A program made the translations under genes and the position numbers. From Malacoraja senta (Eukaryota): DNA of 64,000 nucleotides. Under the pieces are notes generated by a model, which worked only from the letters and a program-made list of their open reading frames with translations, was not told the DNA's origin and did no database searches. Positions 35,697-50,195 of the stretch are shown one piece after another. The number at the start of each line of letters is the position of its first letter. The first letter of the stretch is position 1. The DNA is taken from assembly GCA_038087875.1 (NCBI GenBank), contig JAXLNO010002965.1, forward strand, positions 1 to 64,000, written 5' to 3'.

Positions 35697-38600
35697 AATA
35701 CAGTTTACGGATTGGGTTTTATGGTAGGGATTATATTGGTGTTTTAAGGACAACAATTACAAAATCATATTTCACATAGCATCTTACAGCCGAATAGATG
35801 TTTCTCAAAGTATAATGATTTTACAATTCAGAATGCAGTCAATTCCACAAACTGCAGTGTTAGATAAACCAGATAGTCTACTTTACTGTGTAGGAAGGAA
35901 CTGCAGATGCTTGTTTTACTGTAGGCAGATGCAAAAAGCTGGAGTAACTCAGCGGGTCAGGCAGCATTTCTGGGGGAAAGGAATAGGTGACATTTCGGGA
36001 AGGGTCTCAACACAAATCGTCACCTTTTCCTTTTTCCCAGAAGTGCTGCCTGACCTGCTGAGTTACTCCATCTTTTTATAAGCATAGAAAATAGGTGCAT
36101 GAGGAGGCCCTTCGGCCCTTCGAGCCAGCACTGCCATTCATGGTGATCATGGCTGATCGTCCCCAATCAATGCCTGCCTTCTCCCCGTATCCCTTGATTC
36201 CACCAGCCTCTAGAGCTCTATCTAACATTTTTGTGTCTGTCTTTAGTCCACTTTACTGTTATTGCTTAAGTAATAAAAATTGGACAATGCATGTGTAATA
36301 ATTTCCCAGCCCTTATTTGAGGTAATACCATGCGTCTTTTTTTTCAGCTGGGAGGAGAGACATGAGCTCAGTTTAAAGTTGTGTCTAGGTGTAAATGTGC
36401 AGCTCAGTCTCAACATCAGTGCAGAAATCTCTCATTGAGCCTTCTGTTAATACATGGCCCTTTACACCATGTCCCACTCACCTGAAAACTATGCTCTCCA
36501 TTACTTTATATTTACACCCTGTGGAAAAGATTCTGACTCTCTATCCCATCTATGCCTCTCATAGTTTTATATACTTTTATCAACCTCCAGCATTCTAGCG
36601 ATTACAATCTAAGTCTGTCCAACCTCTCCTTCCAGCTAATATCTAATCTGTGCATCATTCTGGCAAACCACCTCTGCACAAATTCCATGCTTCCAAATTC
36701 ATCCTGCATTGGGGCAACCAGAAATGCCGATAATATTCTAAAAGTGGCCTATCTGAAGTTCTATTCTCCGACCAGTCTGACTGTCCCCCTGATTAAAAAT
36801 TATCTATGTATGCTTCTTTCACACCTACTCCTGGCTAATAATGATCTATTCTACATTTTCCTTGAACTACATCTCATTTGATGTCATTCTTTCATACCTT
36901 ACACTTCCTTATCTCCATGTCTCCCTTTCCTCTTCAGCCTGAAGGGACTCAACCAGAAATGTCAGCCATTCCTTCTATCCAGAGATGCTGCCTGTCCCAC
37001 TGAGTTACTCCAGCATTTTGTGTCTATCTTTGAAGTTCCATAAAGCAGCATATGACTTCCTGACTCTTATACTCAATGCTATGAATAGTGTCTTTACCAC
37101 TCTGGCTTTCAATTGATTGAAGGCGGAAAGGAGCCAAAGAATTATATAGCAAAAAATCTCTGTGGTGGGACTGGAACAGAATGTTTTTTTTTAAAGCAAA
37201 AAAATCAAGGATATTGTTCAATAAAAAAGTAAAATATTTCTTTTCCCGGTATGGCGGGACTAACATTTGATGAAAGAATGGACTGACTGGGCTTATATTC
37301 ACTGGAATTTAGGATGAGATGGGATCTTATAGACGCATATCAAATTCTTAAGGGATTGGACAGTTAGATGCAGGAAAAATGTTCCCGATATTGGGGGGAG
37401 TCCAGAACCAGGAGTCACAGTTTACGAGTAAAGGGTAGGCCATTTAGGAATGAGATGAAGAAAAACGCTTTCACCCAGGTAGTTGTGAATCTGTGGAATT
37501 CTCTGCCACAGAAGGCAGTGGAGGCCAATTCACTCGATGTCTTCAAGAGAGAGTTAGATCTTAGGGCTACAGAATCAAGGGATATGGGGAGAAAGCAGGA
37601 ACAGGGTATTGATTCTGGATGCTCAGCCATGATCATATTGAATGACGGTGCTGGCTTGAAGGCCATAATTTTCTACTCCTGCACCTGCTTTCTCTGTTTC
37701 TATATTGCTGCAGATGGATTGTTAAACGTCCATTCTTTTAAAAGTTCTGCCCCAGTGACTAAAATGCAACAGGTTGTTCATGCCGAGGAATTTGAAGTTC
37801 TTCACCATTCCCACTTCAGCACTCGCACTTCTACAGTATTGATTCTGACTTCAATGTTTCAATGATTCTTTATTGTCACTTATGCACTGCACAGTGAAAT
37901 TCTTGCTCCCGTCGCCGTAATTTGGCAGTATTTACAAAAGAAAAAGAAAAAGTCCAATGTCCGGTCCGTATGTTGGATTTACTGGAGCGCCCCCGATCCA
38001 CGTAAGCTCAGTTAAACCCCAGGCTATTGCCAGGGGGGCCTCCTCCGTCACCCTCGACCAGCTCGGCCAGCCAACAGACGTCCCTCTCCTCGCCCAACTG
38101 GCTCTGTGTCCCGGGAGGCAACTCCTCTCCTGGAGGTAATACCTCAGTCCCTCTCTTAGCGGCCCATTCCTTGCGTCCGTCGGCGGCAGCGGCTCCCTCC
38201 TCCACGACTCTCCGGGTTTCGGGGCCAAGCTCAGCAGCTTCCACCGGGTTGCTCTTCACACCGGCGAACCAAACCTGCCGCCACATATGGCTGCAGGCGA
38301 CCGGCCGAGTCCATCTTCGTTCTCGGCGGCCGCCTGGTCGATTCGTGTTGGGTTCCGTGGGGCGATCCGTGGTCATTTGCTTCTGCCGCTGCGGTGCATC
38401 CCAGAAGCTTATGGCTTGTACACCATCTTCCTTCCAGCAGTCGATAACTAGCTCCTTCAAATTCACCTTGCTGACATTGAGGGAGAGATTGGAGATTCTG
38501 CAATAGAATAGTGAACATATTTAGGGGTGGCACAATGGCGCAGCGGTGGAGCTGCTGTCTTACAGCGCCAGAGACCCGGGTTCGATCCTGACAACGGGTG

Positions 38601-39391
38601 CTGTCAGTACGTTCTCCCCGTGATCACATGGGATTTCTCCGGGAGCTCTGATTTCCTCCCACACTCCAAAGACATACAGGTTTGTAAGTTATTGTCCTTC
38701 GGTAAAAACAATGGTAAATTGTCTCACCTGTGTCGGATGGTGCTGGTTTATGGGGATCGCTGGTCGGCGCGGACTCAGTAGGATGAAGGGACTATTTCAG
38801 CGCTGTATCTCTAAAACTAAACAAAATGGTCTGATTTTCTTTTTTGTGTTTTTGGAAGGAATTCTGTCCCTGATTTGTGTATTGGCCTTTATAACTTATT
38901 TTTTTAATTCTGATTATATGTTAACCATAAATCTCTGTAAGGTGTCCTTGAGACCTCGGTATAAGGCGCCCATAAATAAAATTCATTATTATTCCCCGCA
39001 CTTCCATGTGCCTATCTGAAAGTCTCTTAAATCCTACTATCATATCTGCACTACCACCACCCATACAGTGCGTTCCAACCCCCCCCCCCCGCCCACTGTA
39101 TAAAGAAACATGCCCTCTACTTCTCCATTAAACCTTCCCCCTTTCACTTTCTAGCTCTGGCCTCTAAAGTTGAGCATTTCCAAACTGGTGAAATGGTTCT
39201 GACTGTCTACGCCTCTCATAATCTGGAGCAACAAACAAACTGCTGGAGCCTAGGGGAACTCAGCGGTCGAGCAGCATCTGTGGGGAGGGAGGAAATTATT
39301 GACATTCCGGGATGAGACTCAGCATCAATTTTGTTGTTCCAAATTTGTAATAAAATATCTGTGGACAGCAACCGCCAGATTACTGTAACTT

Positions 39392-39410
39392 TGACCACAA
39401 GAGGGCACCA
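39392..39410 (+). promoter_or_regulatory. CTCF-like motif
   Basis: TGACCACAAGAGGGCACCA matches the CCAC-AG-GGC core, in unique sequence. Confidence 0.5.
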
Positions 39411-39589
39411 GGTGCTACAGGGGCAGTGACAACATTGTTATGCACCTCCAGAACAAAGGAGATATTTTACAAAAAGTTGTGCTTCCTGTCAGTTACGCAT
39501 CAATTGTCGACATTGTTTAATCCCACTGCAGCATTCACATAATATTTATTAACCACCCTTTTGCAAGCTATAGCTTACACTGAAGATAG

Positions 39590-40260
39590 ACACAAAAAGC
39601 TGGAGTAACTCACCTGGTCAGATAGCATCTCTGGAGAAAAGGTGACATTTCGGTTTGAGACCCTTCTTCAGACTGCGGAAAGGGAAGGGAGTTATAGACG
39701 GTGATGTAGAGAGCTATAGATCAAATCAATGAAAGATTTGCACAAAAGTAATGATGATAAAGAAAACAGGCCATTGTTAGCTGTTTGTTAGGTGAGAAGG
39801 GACTTTGAAGCTGGTACGACTTGGGTGGGGGAGGGATGGAGAGAGAGGGAATGCAGGGATTACGAAGTCAGAGAACTCAATATTCATACCACTGGTTGTA
39901 AGCTGCCCAAGTGAAATATGAGATGCTGTTCCTCTAATTTGCGTTTGGCCTCACTCTGACAAAAGAGGAGGCCCAGGACTGAAAGGTCAGTGTGGGAATG
40001 GGAAGGGGAAGTAAAGTGTTTGGGAACCGGGAGATCAGGTAGGTCCAGGCGGAATGAGTGAAGGTGTTCAGTGAAACAATCGGCCAGGCTTATATCAAGG
40101 GCTTATTCAAGTTTTCGTTTTTGGACGGCAGCTTTCTTTTCCAGCTTTCTTCCCCCATACTACAATCAGTGTGAAGAATAGTCCCAACTAAAAATGTTGT
40201 CTGTCCATTCCCTCCACAGATGCTGCCTGACCTCTTGAGTTTCTCCAGCATTCTCTGTTA
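39590..40260 (-). mobile_element. Penelope-like 3' fragment with terminal repeats
   Basis: Same family as 1-645 and 25265-25895 (gaggaggcccaggactgaaaggtcag..., terminal repeat at 39641-39672). Confidence 0.75.
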
Positions 40261-41034
40261 TGCAGTGATAGATCTGTCCCTATCAGTACACACTGCTGTG
40301 CCAGGACTAAACTGTACTCATCAGTACCATCTCCCAGTGCTACACAGTGGCTGATGACCTGTAAAGCACCAACATGCCTTCCTAACTCAGTCCCGTACGA
40401 AGCTTTTCAAAAAGGGGGGTGGCATGACAGGATCACAAAAAGATTGTAATGTGAAATAATGTGCGCGCTGTGCATGATTGTAATGTGAAATAATGTGCGC
40501 GCTGTGCACATCACGAGCGTGAAGTGTGAAGTCCCTCGATGCCAGGGTCCAGGGGTTTTAGATGCTCTCTGATGCATTCTGAGCCTTATTTTGGAGCATT
40601 TTTGCATCAAATTCATGACCAATATTTCAGAAATTAACAGGAATCTGAGAGGTAGCTTTTTCACACAAAGGGTGGTGGTATATGGAACAAGCTGCCAGAG
40701 GAGGTAGTTAAGGCTGGGACTATCCTAATGTTTAAGAGACATTTGGACACGTACATGGATAGGAGAGGTTTACATGGATATGGGCCAGACGCGTGTGAGT
40801 GGGACTAGTTTAGATGGGACATGTTGGTCGGTGTGGGCAAGTTGGGCTGAAGGGCCTGTTTCCACACTGCATCATTCTATGACTAAAAAGTTAAGAAGAA
40901 CAGTGCATGTAGATAAGTAGAGCAGATTTGAAAGAGGAGTGAAATGTAAAGGTAGAGATAGGTTTATGGGTGGAAAGGAACATAGGAAAGGAGAGGGGAG
41001 AGTGGGCTTGGGCACATGGCTGAAGGGAAAATAG

Positions 41035-41290
41035 ACACAAAGTGCTGGAGTAACTCAGTGGGTCAGGCAGCAACTGTGGAGAACATGGATAGGTGACATG
41101 TCACAGAGTGCTGGAGTAACTCAGTGGGTCAGGCAGCATCTCTGGAGAACATGGATAGGTGACATGTCACAGAGCGCTGGAGTAACTCAGTGAGTCAGGC
41201 AGCATCTGCGGAAAACATGGATAGGTGACATTTCACAGAGTGCTGGAGCAAATCACTGGGTCAGGCAGCATCTCTGGAGAAAAGGTATAG
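41035..41290. repeat. 66-bp tandem repeat (about 3.7 copies) derived from the Penelope terminal repeat
   Basis: agtgctggag recurs at 41041, 41107, 41173 and 41239. Confidence 0.85.
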
Positions 41291-43470
41291 ATTATATTTC
41301 GGGTCAAGACCCTTCTTCAGTTATATTCATGATGTGACATGCATAGACATTCCTGAATGTTACCCAAACCATCGTGAGCTACTTTGTGACGGTGCTTGCC
41401 CTCTCCTATAACGTCTCTGCTGCCTGGGTGAAGCAGGACAGGACACAAGCTTTGGGACACGGTGTGAAGCTGTTGCCGTCTGTCCCAGCCTGGTAAAAAC
41501 CTGGATGGAGTGGATGTGGAGAGGATGTTTCCACTAGTGGGAGAGTCTAGGACCAGTGGCCACAGCCTCAGAATTAAAATACATTCCTTTAGGAAGAAGA
41601 TGAGCAGGAATTTCTTAAGTCAGAAGGTGGTGAACTGTGGAATTCATTGCCACAGACAGCTGTGGAGGTCAAGTCAATGGACACTTTTCAGGAGGAGATT
41701 GATAGATTCTTGATTGATACAGGTGTCAGAGGTAATGGGGAGAAGGCAGGAGAATGGGTTTGAGAGGGAAAGATAGATAGTCATAGAGAGATACAGTGTG
41801 GAAACAGGCCCTTCGGCCCAGCATGTCCCATCTACACTAGTCCCTCCTGTCCACATTTGATCCATATCTCTCCGAACATGTCCTATCCATATACCTGTTT
41901 AAGTGTTTCTTAAATTTTGCGATAGTCCCTGTCTGTACCTCCTCTGGCAGCTTGTTCCATACACCTACCACCCTTTGTGTGAAAAATATACCTGTCAGAT
42001 TCCTATTAAAGCTTTAGCCCTTCACCTTGAACTTATGTCCTCTGTTCCCCGATTCACCTACTCTGCGCAAAAGACTCAACCATATCTATTCAAATCATGA
42101 TTTTATACACCTCTATTAGATCATCCCTCATCCTCCTGTGCTCCATGAAATAGAGTACCAGCCTACTCAACCTCTCCCTATAGCTTGGCCCTCTAGTCCT
42201 GAGGCAACATCCTCGTAAATCTTCACTGTACCCTTTCCAGTTTAATGACATCTTTCCTATTACATGGTGCCCAGAACTGAATACAATACTCTAAATGCGG
42301 CCTCATCAACTTCTTATACAACTGCAACATGACCTCCCAACTTCTGTACTCAGCCTGACCTCGCAATATTACTCCAGCACTCAGTTACTCCAGCACTCTG
42401 TGAAACGTCACAGAACAGGGCAAGATTAGCAAGTTTGCTGATGATACAGAAGTGAGTGGATTTGCAAATAGTGAAAATGGTTGTGAAAGATTGCAGCAGG
42501 ATCTCGATCAATTAGCCAGGTGGGCAGAGGAATGGTTGATGGTTGCATGGTTCCTTGAAGGTTGAGTCGCTGGTATATTAGGTGGTCAAAAAATATTTTG
42601 GCACTTTGTCCTTCATCAGTCAGAGTATTGAGTAAAGAAGCTTAAAGATGTTAAGGGAAAAAGAGTAGCAAAGTCAAATGTGGGTCCCTTGAAGGCAGAC
42701 ACGGGTGAAATTATTATGGGCAACAAGGAAATGGCAGAAGAGTTGAATAGGTACTTCAGATCTGTCTTCACTAAGGAAGACACAAACAATCTCCCAGCTG
42801 TACTGGAGGACAGAGGATCTAAGGGGGTAGAGGAACTGAAAGAAATTTTCATTAGGCGAGAAATAGTATTGGGTAGGCTAATGGGACTGAAGGATGATAA
42901 ATCCCCTGGACCTGATGGTCTGCATCCCAGGGTCCTCAGGGAGGTGGCTCTAGAAATAGTGGATGCATTGGTGATCATTTTCCAATGTTCAATAGATTCA
43001 GGATCAGTTCCTGTGGATTGGAGGATAGCTAATGTTATCCCACTTTTCAAGAAAGGAGCGAGAGAGAAAACAGGGAATTACAGACCAGTTAGCCTGACTT
43101 CGGTGGTGGGAAAGATGCTGGAGTCAATTATTAAAGAGGTAATAATGGGGCATTTGGATAGCAGTAAAAGGATTAGTCCGTCAACATGGATTTATGAAAG
43201 GGAAATCATGCTTGACTAATCTTCTGGAATTTTTTGAGGATGTGACAAGTAAATTGGATGAAGGGGTGCCAGTGGATGTAGTGTACCTGGACTTTCAGAA
43301 AGCATTTGATAAGGTCCCGCACGGGACACTGGTGACTAAAATTAGAGCTCATGGTATTGGGGGTAAGGTGTTGACATGGATAGAAAATTGGTTGGCAGAC
43401 CGGAAGCAAAGAGTAGGAGTGAACGGGTCCTTTTCAGAATGGCAGTAAGTGGCGAGTGGAGTGCCGCAAG

Positions 43471-46400
43471 CAGTGGCGGACTGGGTCTAAAAATATTGGT
43501 TGCCAGGAGACAAAGGGGGCCCACCCACAACTACAATGCTATCATTTAATTTTCATAACGAATAAATAATATTTTCAAAAAATACATATGGAAAAAAGGG
43601 TACAATTTAAAAAATTTGTGAAAAAAATGGTTCTTAGTAATTACAGTGTACATGTACTGTACATATTACTGGCAGTAGATACCGAATGTAAATACAGAAT
43701 GTTATAATTTTTTTTTTTTTTAATTTTAAGTAATTGGTTGATATTTTAAAATAATTTACTGCACAATTTACACATTAACAGATAGTTGAAAAGCACAATA
43801 GAGCATTGCATGCAGTCCACTATATTAAGAGCAATCGTTTGTGTTCGCTAGATGATTGTGCGAATCTACCAATAATTGCTTCTGCATCCAATTCATCTAA
43901 CAATTCCTTTTCAATGGTTAGCAACATGTATGATTCCAAATTCTCCTCAGACAGCGAATTTCTTAACCTTGTCTTTATGATCTTTAGCTTTGAAAATGTC
44001 CTCTCACATTGGACTTGAGTAACTGATAGTGTGCAGATGACTTTATAAAGTTGATAAAGGTTATCATATGCCTTGTCATGAAGTCTGTTGGATGCCAGAA
44101 TGTTTAGTACACTCGATGGGCAAGTGCTGCACATTTTACAATTGTTGCAACTGGAATCCATATTCTCACCATCATTAAGCAACTTTAATACATCAAAGTT
44201 TGAAGCAAAAGAAAACAATTCCAATATTACTTGATCTTTGCTGATTTGTGGAAACAGCTTAATAATACCTTCCAATGCTTCATCTTCAAGGCCCTTCTCT
44301 GCAATAGTTTTAAACTTTGCTGGGTCCAAGCAGGACAAATCTTTATACAACTGTTTGTGTTGTACAAAGCGTGATTCTAGTGACTGGACAATGCGATCCA
44401 TTATTGGGTTAAACACATTTACTCAAAAATCAGCTAGAGAATCTGAGGAATTTCTTTTATCATCAATAAGCTCATCTGCCATTATTTTCTTCTTCCTCTG
44501 CCTCTTAACTGGCAATGCTGTTTCCAACGCAATAATTTCCAATGTTTGATTTTCATCCATATTCATCTGTGAAATCCTGTCATTACATTTCTTTACAAAT
44601 TCCAAAGCCTTGCTGTGAACGTTATTAAATGTTCTTGTCTGTTCCTTCAACTTTGTTGTAGCTGAATCTACCAAACTCCATGCAGTAAACATATCTAACC
44701 CACTTGTCTGTAGATAACTTGATAACGGAGTTGTAGTTTCAAATATATACAAGTAAATAAATGCTGTCAATATGGTTTCAAACTTTAGAAGACTTTGAAG
44801 TAAAACATTTGCTTCATGTTTTGTTTTTGCATCAAACTTTTCTGAATCTTGTATCATTGATAATCATGTCAATAGATTTACGAAAGTACTGGCAGCGGCA
44901 TCATCAAAACTTCCAAATATAGTTGTTGCTGCATTGGATTTTCCTGACCATCTGGTCTCACCAATTAGCTTTAATCGTTTCATTTTTTTCTTATCCAAGA
45001 TGTTTTCCAACAACTTCTATCCATACAGCCATTCTCTTGTATGATGCTTTCACAAAAGTTGCTCTATTCTGGAGCAAATTGAAAAAAGAAACTGCAGGCT
45101 CACAACATTTGTTGTTTCAGTTATCACCAAATTCAAGATATGGGCATAGCACCATTTCACTTGCACTTTATGTGCAATGTGACGAATAAAACCGTATTGT
45201 ATTGTATTGTATATGAACATGTTGATCAGCCACATCAGCAATTTTACTTTGTAAACCATTATACTGGCCATAGTAGCTTGCAGCGCCATCTGTGCTATCA
45301 GATAAACATTTTTTTTTTTGTGATATAAATTTTTATTAGAAGCAAACATATTACAATGTAGAGTAACATATTATAATAGAAGAAAAAACTTTTCATATAC
45401 ATCAATCACTCATACATTATTAAATTTGTCAATTGTCAGTTATTTCTGCTTCTAGTGTTTTTTTTTATATAGATAGAAAAAGAAAAATAGAGAGAAAGAA
45501 GAAAGAAAAGAGAGAAAGAAGAATTACAATATCAAAAAAGAAAAAGAGGTGGAATGAATAACTTCTAATACGTCATAGGAGATAAGTTCGTAGGTTATGA
45601 AATATAATTACATCTAATCCTGAGTTCAAGCTTCAGTCGGGCTTTCGCGCTGGGCCACTCTATCCCTTCAAATAGGCAATGAATGGAGCCCATATTTTAA
45701 CAAAAAGTTCTTGCTTGTCCATTAAGACAAGTCTAATTCTTTCTAGATGTAGGGTCTCCGACATTTCCACAATCCACATTTTAATTGTGGGGGTTGTAGG
45801 GCCTTTCCAGAATTTTAATATTAATTTTTTCCCAGTTATTATACTGTAGTCAAGGAAGTTTCTTTGGCTTGTTGTGAGTGTTAAACTTTGTTCTGATATC
45901 CCAAGTATTATTAATTTTGAGTCTGGAGCCAATTTGGTATTAACAACTTCAGAGATTATTTGAAAAATATCAGTCCAGTAATTTTTAATTTTTATACAAT
46001 TTGCAAAGGTATGTGTTAAATTGGCCTCTAGGTGCAGGCATTTATCACATATAGGAGAAATATGTGGGAAAATTCTATTTAGTTTTATTTTGGAATAATG
46101 TAATCTGTGTAAGACTTTAAATTGTATTAAAGCATGTCTGGCATTTAACGAACATTGATGTATATGTTGTAAACTTTCGTCCCAAATATCTTTCGTAATA
46201 GGATAACCTAACTCATTTTCCCATTTATGTATATATAGTTCCATCGGTGGTTCCTCATTATTTAGGAGAATGTTATAAATATAAGCTATTAATTTTTCAG
46301 TGTTAGGATGCGTATTCAAACATTCATCAAGAATTTCTGGTTCCCTAGTCCTATAAACTTGTGTATTGGATTTAACATAATCTCTAATTTGTAAATATCT

Positions 46401-48512
46401 GAAAAAGTTATTTGAGTGTAGTCCATGATTCTGTTGTAACTCTTGAAATGACAGAAAGATGCCTTACCTATAAAGATGTCCAATCCTTTTAATTCCCTGA
46501 TTTTTCCATTGTATAAAACCTCTATCCAATATGGATGGCTTGAATAGAGGATTATTTACAATGGGAAGGCATAGTGGTATATTATTCAGTTTTAAAGCCT
46601 TTTTTAATTGTTTCCAAATTCGTATTCCACTATGTATTATAGGGTTTTCCTTATAGGTTTTTTTATGCAATTTTGTGGTAGCAAATATAATCGAACCTAT
46701 TTCAAAAGGTAAACAGTCTTCCTTTTCCATCCTTAACCATTCTGGTTGTTGGTCCATTTCTTCCAGCCAGAAATTCATGTTTTTAATATTGACTGCCCAA
46801 AAATAAAATAATAAATTTGGCAAGGCCAAACCTCCGTTGCTCTTTGACTTCCATAAATGTTTTTTACTTATTCTATGATTCTTATAATCCCAAATAAAGC
46901 TTGAAACAATGGAGTCGACTTTTTTGAAAATGTTTTTTGGAATATATATCGGAATTATTTGAAATAAATATAGTAGTTGCGGTAAGAAAATCATTTTTAT
47001 AGCATTAATTCTACCAAGCATTGAAATAGGAAGTGTTTTCCAGTACTGAATATGTTTGTGTAATTTATTAAGTAAGGATGGAAAATTTTGTTTAAATAAA
47101 GAGGTATATGTCTTAGTTACATAGATTCCAAAATATTTAAGTTTATCTTTAACTATTTTAAAAGGGGATTGTTGTATTGTATTTAAGTTGAATTTTGTTA
47201 TTGGCATAATTTCACTTTTATTCCAATTAATCCTATATCCTGAGAACTGACCAAATTGTGTTATTAGATTTAATAGATTTGGAATACTAGTTTCTAACTT
47301 TGTAATATAGTTAAACATAATACAGATAAACATTTTTGGGGGTCAATTTTAAGATGCTGTAATGTTTCAATCAATAGATCAAAAAGTCCCTGTCCTGTAC
47401 CATCATTACTTGGCACAACTGAAAGTAGTCGCTCACAGATAATACCTTTAAGCACATACCGAATAATAATTGTGGACGTTTTATACATTTAGCATCAATG
47501 AGTCCTGCTGCTGCATCGCTGATGACACATATTTTATATCCGGTTTATATTTGTTAACCTTGAGAGATATGCAAGCACTACTAGTTTCATCTGTAAGGCT
47601 ATTACTTTTACGATACTTAATGTTCATCACTGAGAACAATGATTCACAAGAATATATACATGAAAAAATCCTGAATATTGATAATACCTCTCACATAGCT
47701 TTAACAATAACTTATGTTTAAGCACATATGCTGAAGAACAGGCTTCATTAACTTTTCATATAATATTTTCAATGCAGTCACTGATAACCAGATAATTACT
47801 ATGGATAACTGGAGCCTACCCTGGTGTAACAATTACGTTTTTCTAATATCTAAATTTGAACTCACATGTAGCTGAATTTGGATATTGTTTACCGATAATT
47901 TTTTTTTACGATCCTTGAAAAACTATATAAAAAGAATGGTAAAGGAGCCACGCCACGTCTGGCCGCCTGGTGAATGATGCAACAAGAAGTTATATGCAAC
48001 AATGATCTTTTATACATATACAAAAACTAAAAATTAAAAACATCTCTTCAATAAGGGGGGGGGGCAGGCTGAGGCTTTTCAAGTGTGTGTGACAAAAATA
48101 CGGACAAATCTTTGATACAAAATTTTCTCACTTGCCAACCGAAATTTTTTGGGAGTATATTATTATTTGGTGTCTTTTAAGTATTGGGAGAACCTTTTCA
48201 AAGAATTAAAAATCACACTGGAGCGGTAAAATCTGAGAATATTGTAAGTAATTATTATAAGATAAGTCCTGTGAGATTGAATGAATGTAAATTTTTGTGA
48301 CTAATTTTAACTCAAAAGTAGTTCGTCCCTGTTGATACCGTGGATATTTTTTAAAATTAAACTTTCAGTGTAATTCTAGCTGCCAGATACATCTTATTCC
48401 TTTTCATTACTAAAACAGTTATCTGTGTTTGGTTCTACATTGCATTTTTATTTGATATGGGGGGGGCCCACTTGCCATCGGGCAAGCTGACATCCTGGCC
48501 AGTCCGCCACTG
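43471..48512 (-). mobile_element. hAT DNA transposon (ZMYM1/DUF4371-like transposase), degenerate and interrupted by L1
   Basis: 14-bp TIR CAGTGGCGGACTGG / CCAGTCCGCCACTG; 8-bp TSD gccgcaag at 43463-70 and 48513-20; ORFs 43820-44416 (CERTFSKLKIIKTRLRNSL dimerisation motif) and 44423-44857. Confidence 0.92.
45314..47322 (-). mobile_element. 5'-truncated L1-clade LINE inserted in the hAT
   Basis: ORFs 46464-47333 (GRINAIKMIFLPQLLYLFQ) and 45660-46319 (CDKC...HTFANC zinc knuckle); poly(A) end; 15-bp TSD cagataaacattttt at 45299-313 and 47323-337. Confidence 0.92.
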
Positions 48513-49873
48513 GCCGCAAGGCTCGATGTTGGGGCCGCAATTGTTTACCATATATATTAATGATTTGGAAGAGGGAATTAGGAGCAACACTAGCAAGTTT
48601 GCGGATGACACATAGCTGGGTGGCAGTGTGAACTGTGAAGAGGATGTTAGGAGGTTGCAGGGTGACCTGGACAGGTTGAGTGAGTGGGCAGATGCGTGGC
48701 AGATGCAGTATAATATAGATAAATGTGCGGTTATCCACTTTGACAGCAAAAACAAGGGGGCAGATTATTATCTCAATGGGGTTAGGTTAGGTAAGGGGGA
48801 GCTGCAGCGAGACCTGGGCGTCCTTGTACACCGGTCACTGAAAGTTGGCTTACAGGTACAACAGGCAGTGAAGAAAACTAATGTAATGTTGGCCTTCATA
48901 ACAAGAGGATTGCAGTATAGGAGTAGAGAGGTTCTTCTGCAGTTGTATAGGGCTCTGGTAAGACCACATCTGGAGTATTGTGTACAGTTTTGTTCTCCTA
49001 ATTTGAGGAAGGACATCCTTGTGATTGAGGCAGTGCAGCGTAGGTTCAAGAGATTGATCCCTGGGATGGCGGGTTGTCATATGAGGAAAGATTGAAAAGA
49101 CTAGGCTTGTATTCACTAGAGTTTAGAAGGATGAGGGGGAATCTTATAGAAACATATAAAATTATAAAAGGACTGGACAAGCAAGATGCAGGAAAAATAT
49201 TCCCAATGTTGGGCGAGTCCAGAAACAGGGGCCACAGTCTTAGAATAAAGGGGAGGTCATTTAAGACTGAGGTGAGAAAAACGTTTTCACCCAGAGAGTT
49301 GTGAATTTATGGAATTCCCTGCCACAGAGGGCAGTGGAGGCCAAGTCACTAGATTGATTTAAGAGAGAGTTAGATAGAGCTCTAGGGGCTAGTGGAGTCA
49401 AGGGATATGGGGAGAAGCCAGGCACGGGTTATTGATAGGGGACATGATCACAATGAATGGCGGTGCTGGCTCGAAGGACCGAATGGCCTCCTCCTGTACC
49501 TATTTTTGATGTTTCTATGTTTCTAACATTAGCAAATTTGCAGATGACACAAAGATGGGTGGCAGTGTGAACTGTGAGGAGGATTTTATGAGAATGCAGG
49601 GTGACTTAGACAGGTTGGGGGAGTGGGCAGATGCATGGCAGATTAAGTTTAATGCGGATAAATGTGAGGTTACCCACTTTGGTAGCAAAAACAGGAAAGC
49701 AGATTATTATCTAAATGGCGTCAAGTTGGGAAAAGGAAGTACAACCGGATCTGGGGGTCCTTGTACATCAGTCTATGAAAGTATGCATGCAGGTACAGCA
49801 GGCAGTGAAGAAAGCGAATGGCATGTTGACCTTTATAACAAGAGGAATCGAATATAGGAGCAAAGAGGTCCTC

Positions 49874-50195
49874 AGATTCAGATTCAGATTCAGATTCAAC
49901 TTAATTGTCATTGTGCAGTGTACAGTACAGAGACAACGAAATGCAGTTAGCATCTCCCTAGAAGAGCGACATAATTATGAGCAGTAAATAAATAAATCTA
50001 ATAAATCCTGGTGGGAGGAGTGTCTGGGGGGGGGGGGTGATTGGCAGTCACCGAGGTACAGTGTTGAGTAATGTAACCGCCGCAGGGAAGAAGCTGTTCC
50101 TGGACCTGCTGGTCCGGCAACGGAGAGACCTGTAGCGCCTCCCGGATGGTAGGAGGGTAAACAGTCTGTGGTTGGGGTGAGAACAGTCCTTCGCA
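49874..50195 (-). mobile_element. Rex1/Babar-type LINE 3' end with (tctgaa)n tail
   Basis: DCSHPNHRLFTLLPSGRRYRSLRCRTSRSRNSFFPAAVTLLN. Confidence 0.8.

Larger units (their letters stand above)
42660..49520 (+). mobile_element. Young CR1 LINE ORF2 (42660-43470 plus 48513-49520) split by a hAT insertion
   Basis: KSPGPDGLHPRVL, GNYRPVSLTS, YLDFQKAFDKVPH. The GVPQ|GS motif is rejoined across the insertion; ADDT and LVRPHLEYCVQF follow. Confidence 0.92.

Noticed and set aside
37932-38506. Long overlapping GC-rich ORFs (up to 159 aa) that could be a CpG-island first exon of the SUN gene
   Set aside because: The minus strand continues into a Rex1/Babar RT motif (LSLNVSK..ELVID) and carries a LINE-type tail; the ORFs are explained by GC content.
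41035-41290. Regularly spaced repeats superficially like a CRISPR array
   Set aside because: Units are contiguous with no unique spacers, derive from a eukaryotic retroelement, and no cas genes are present.
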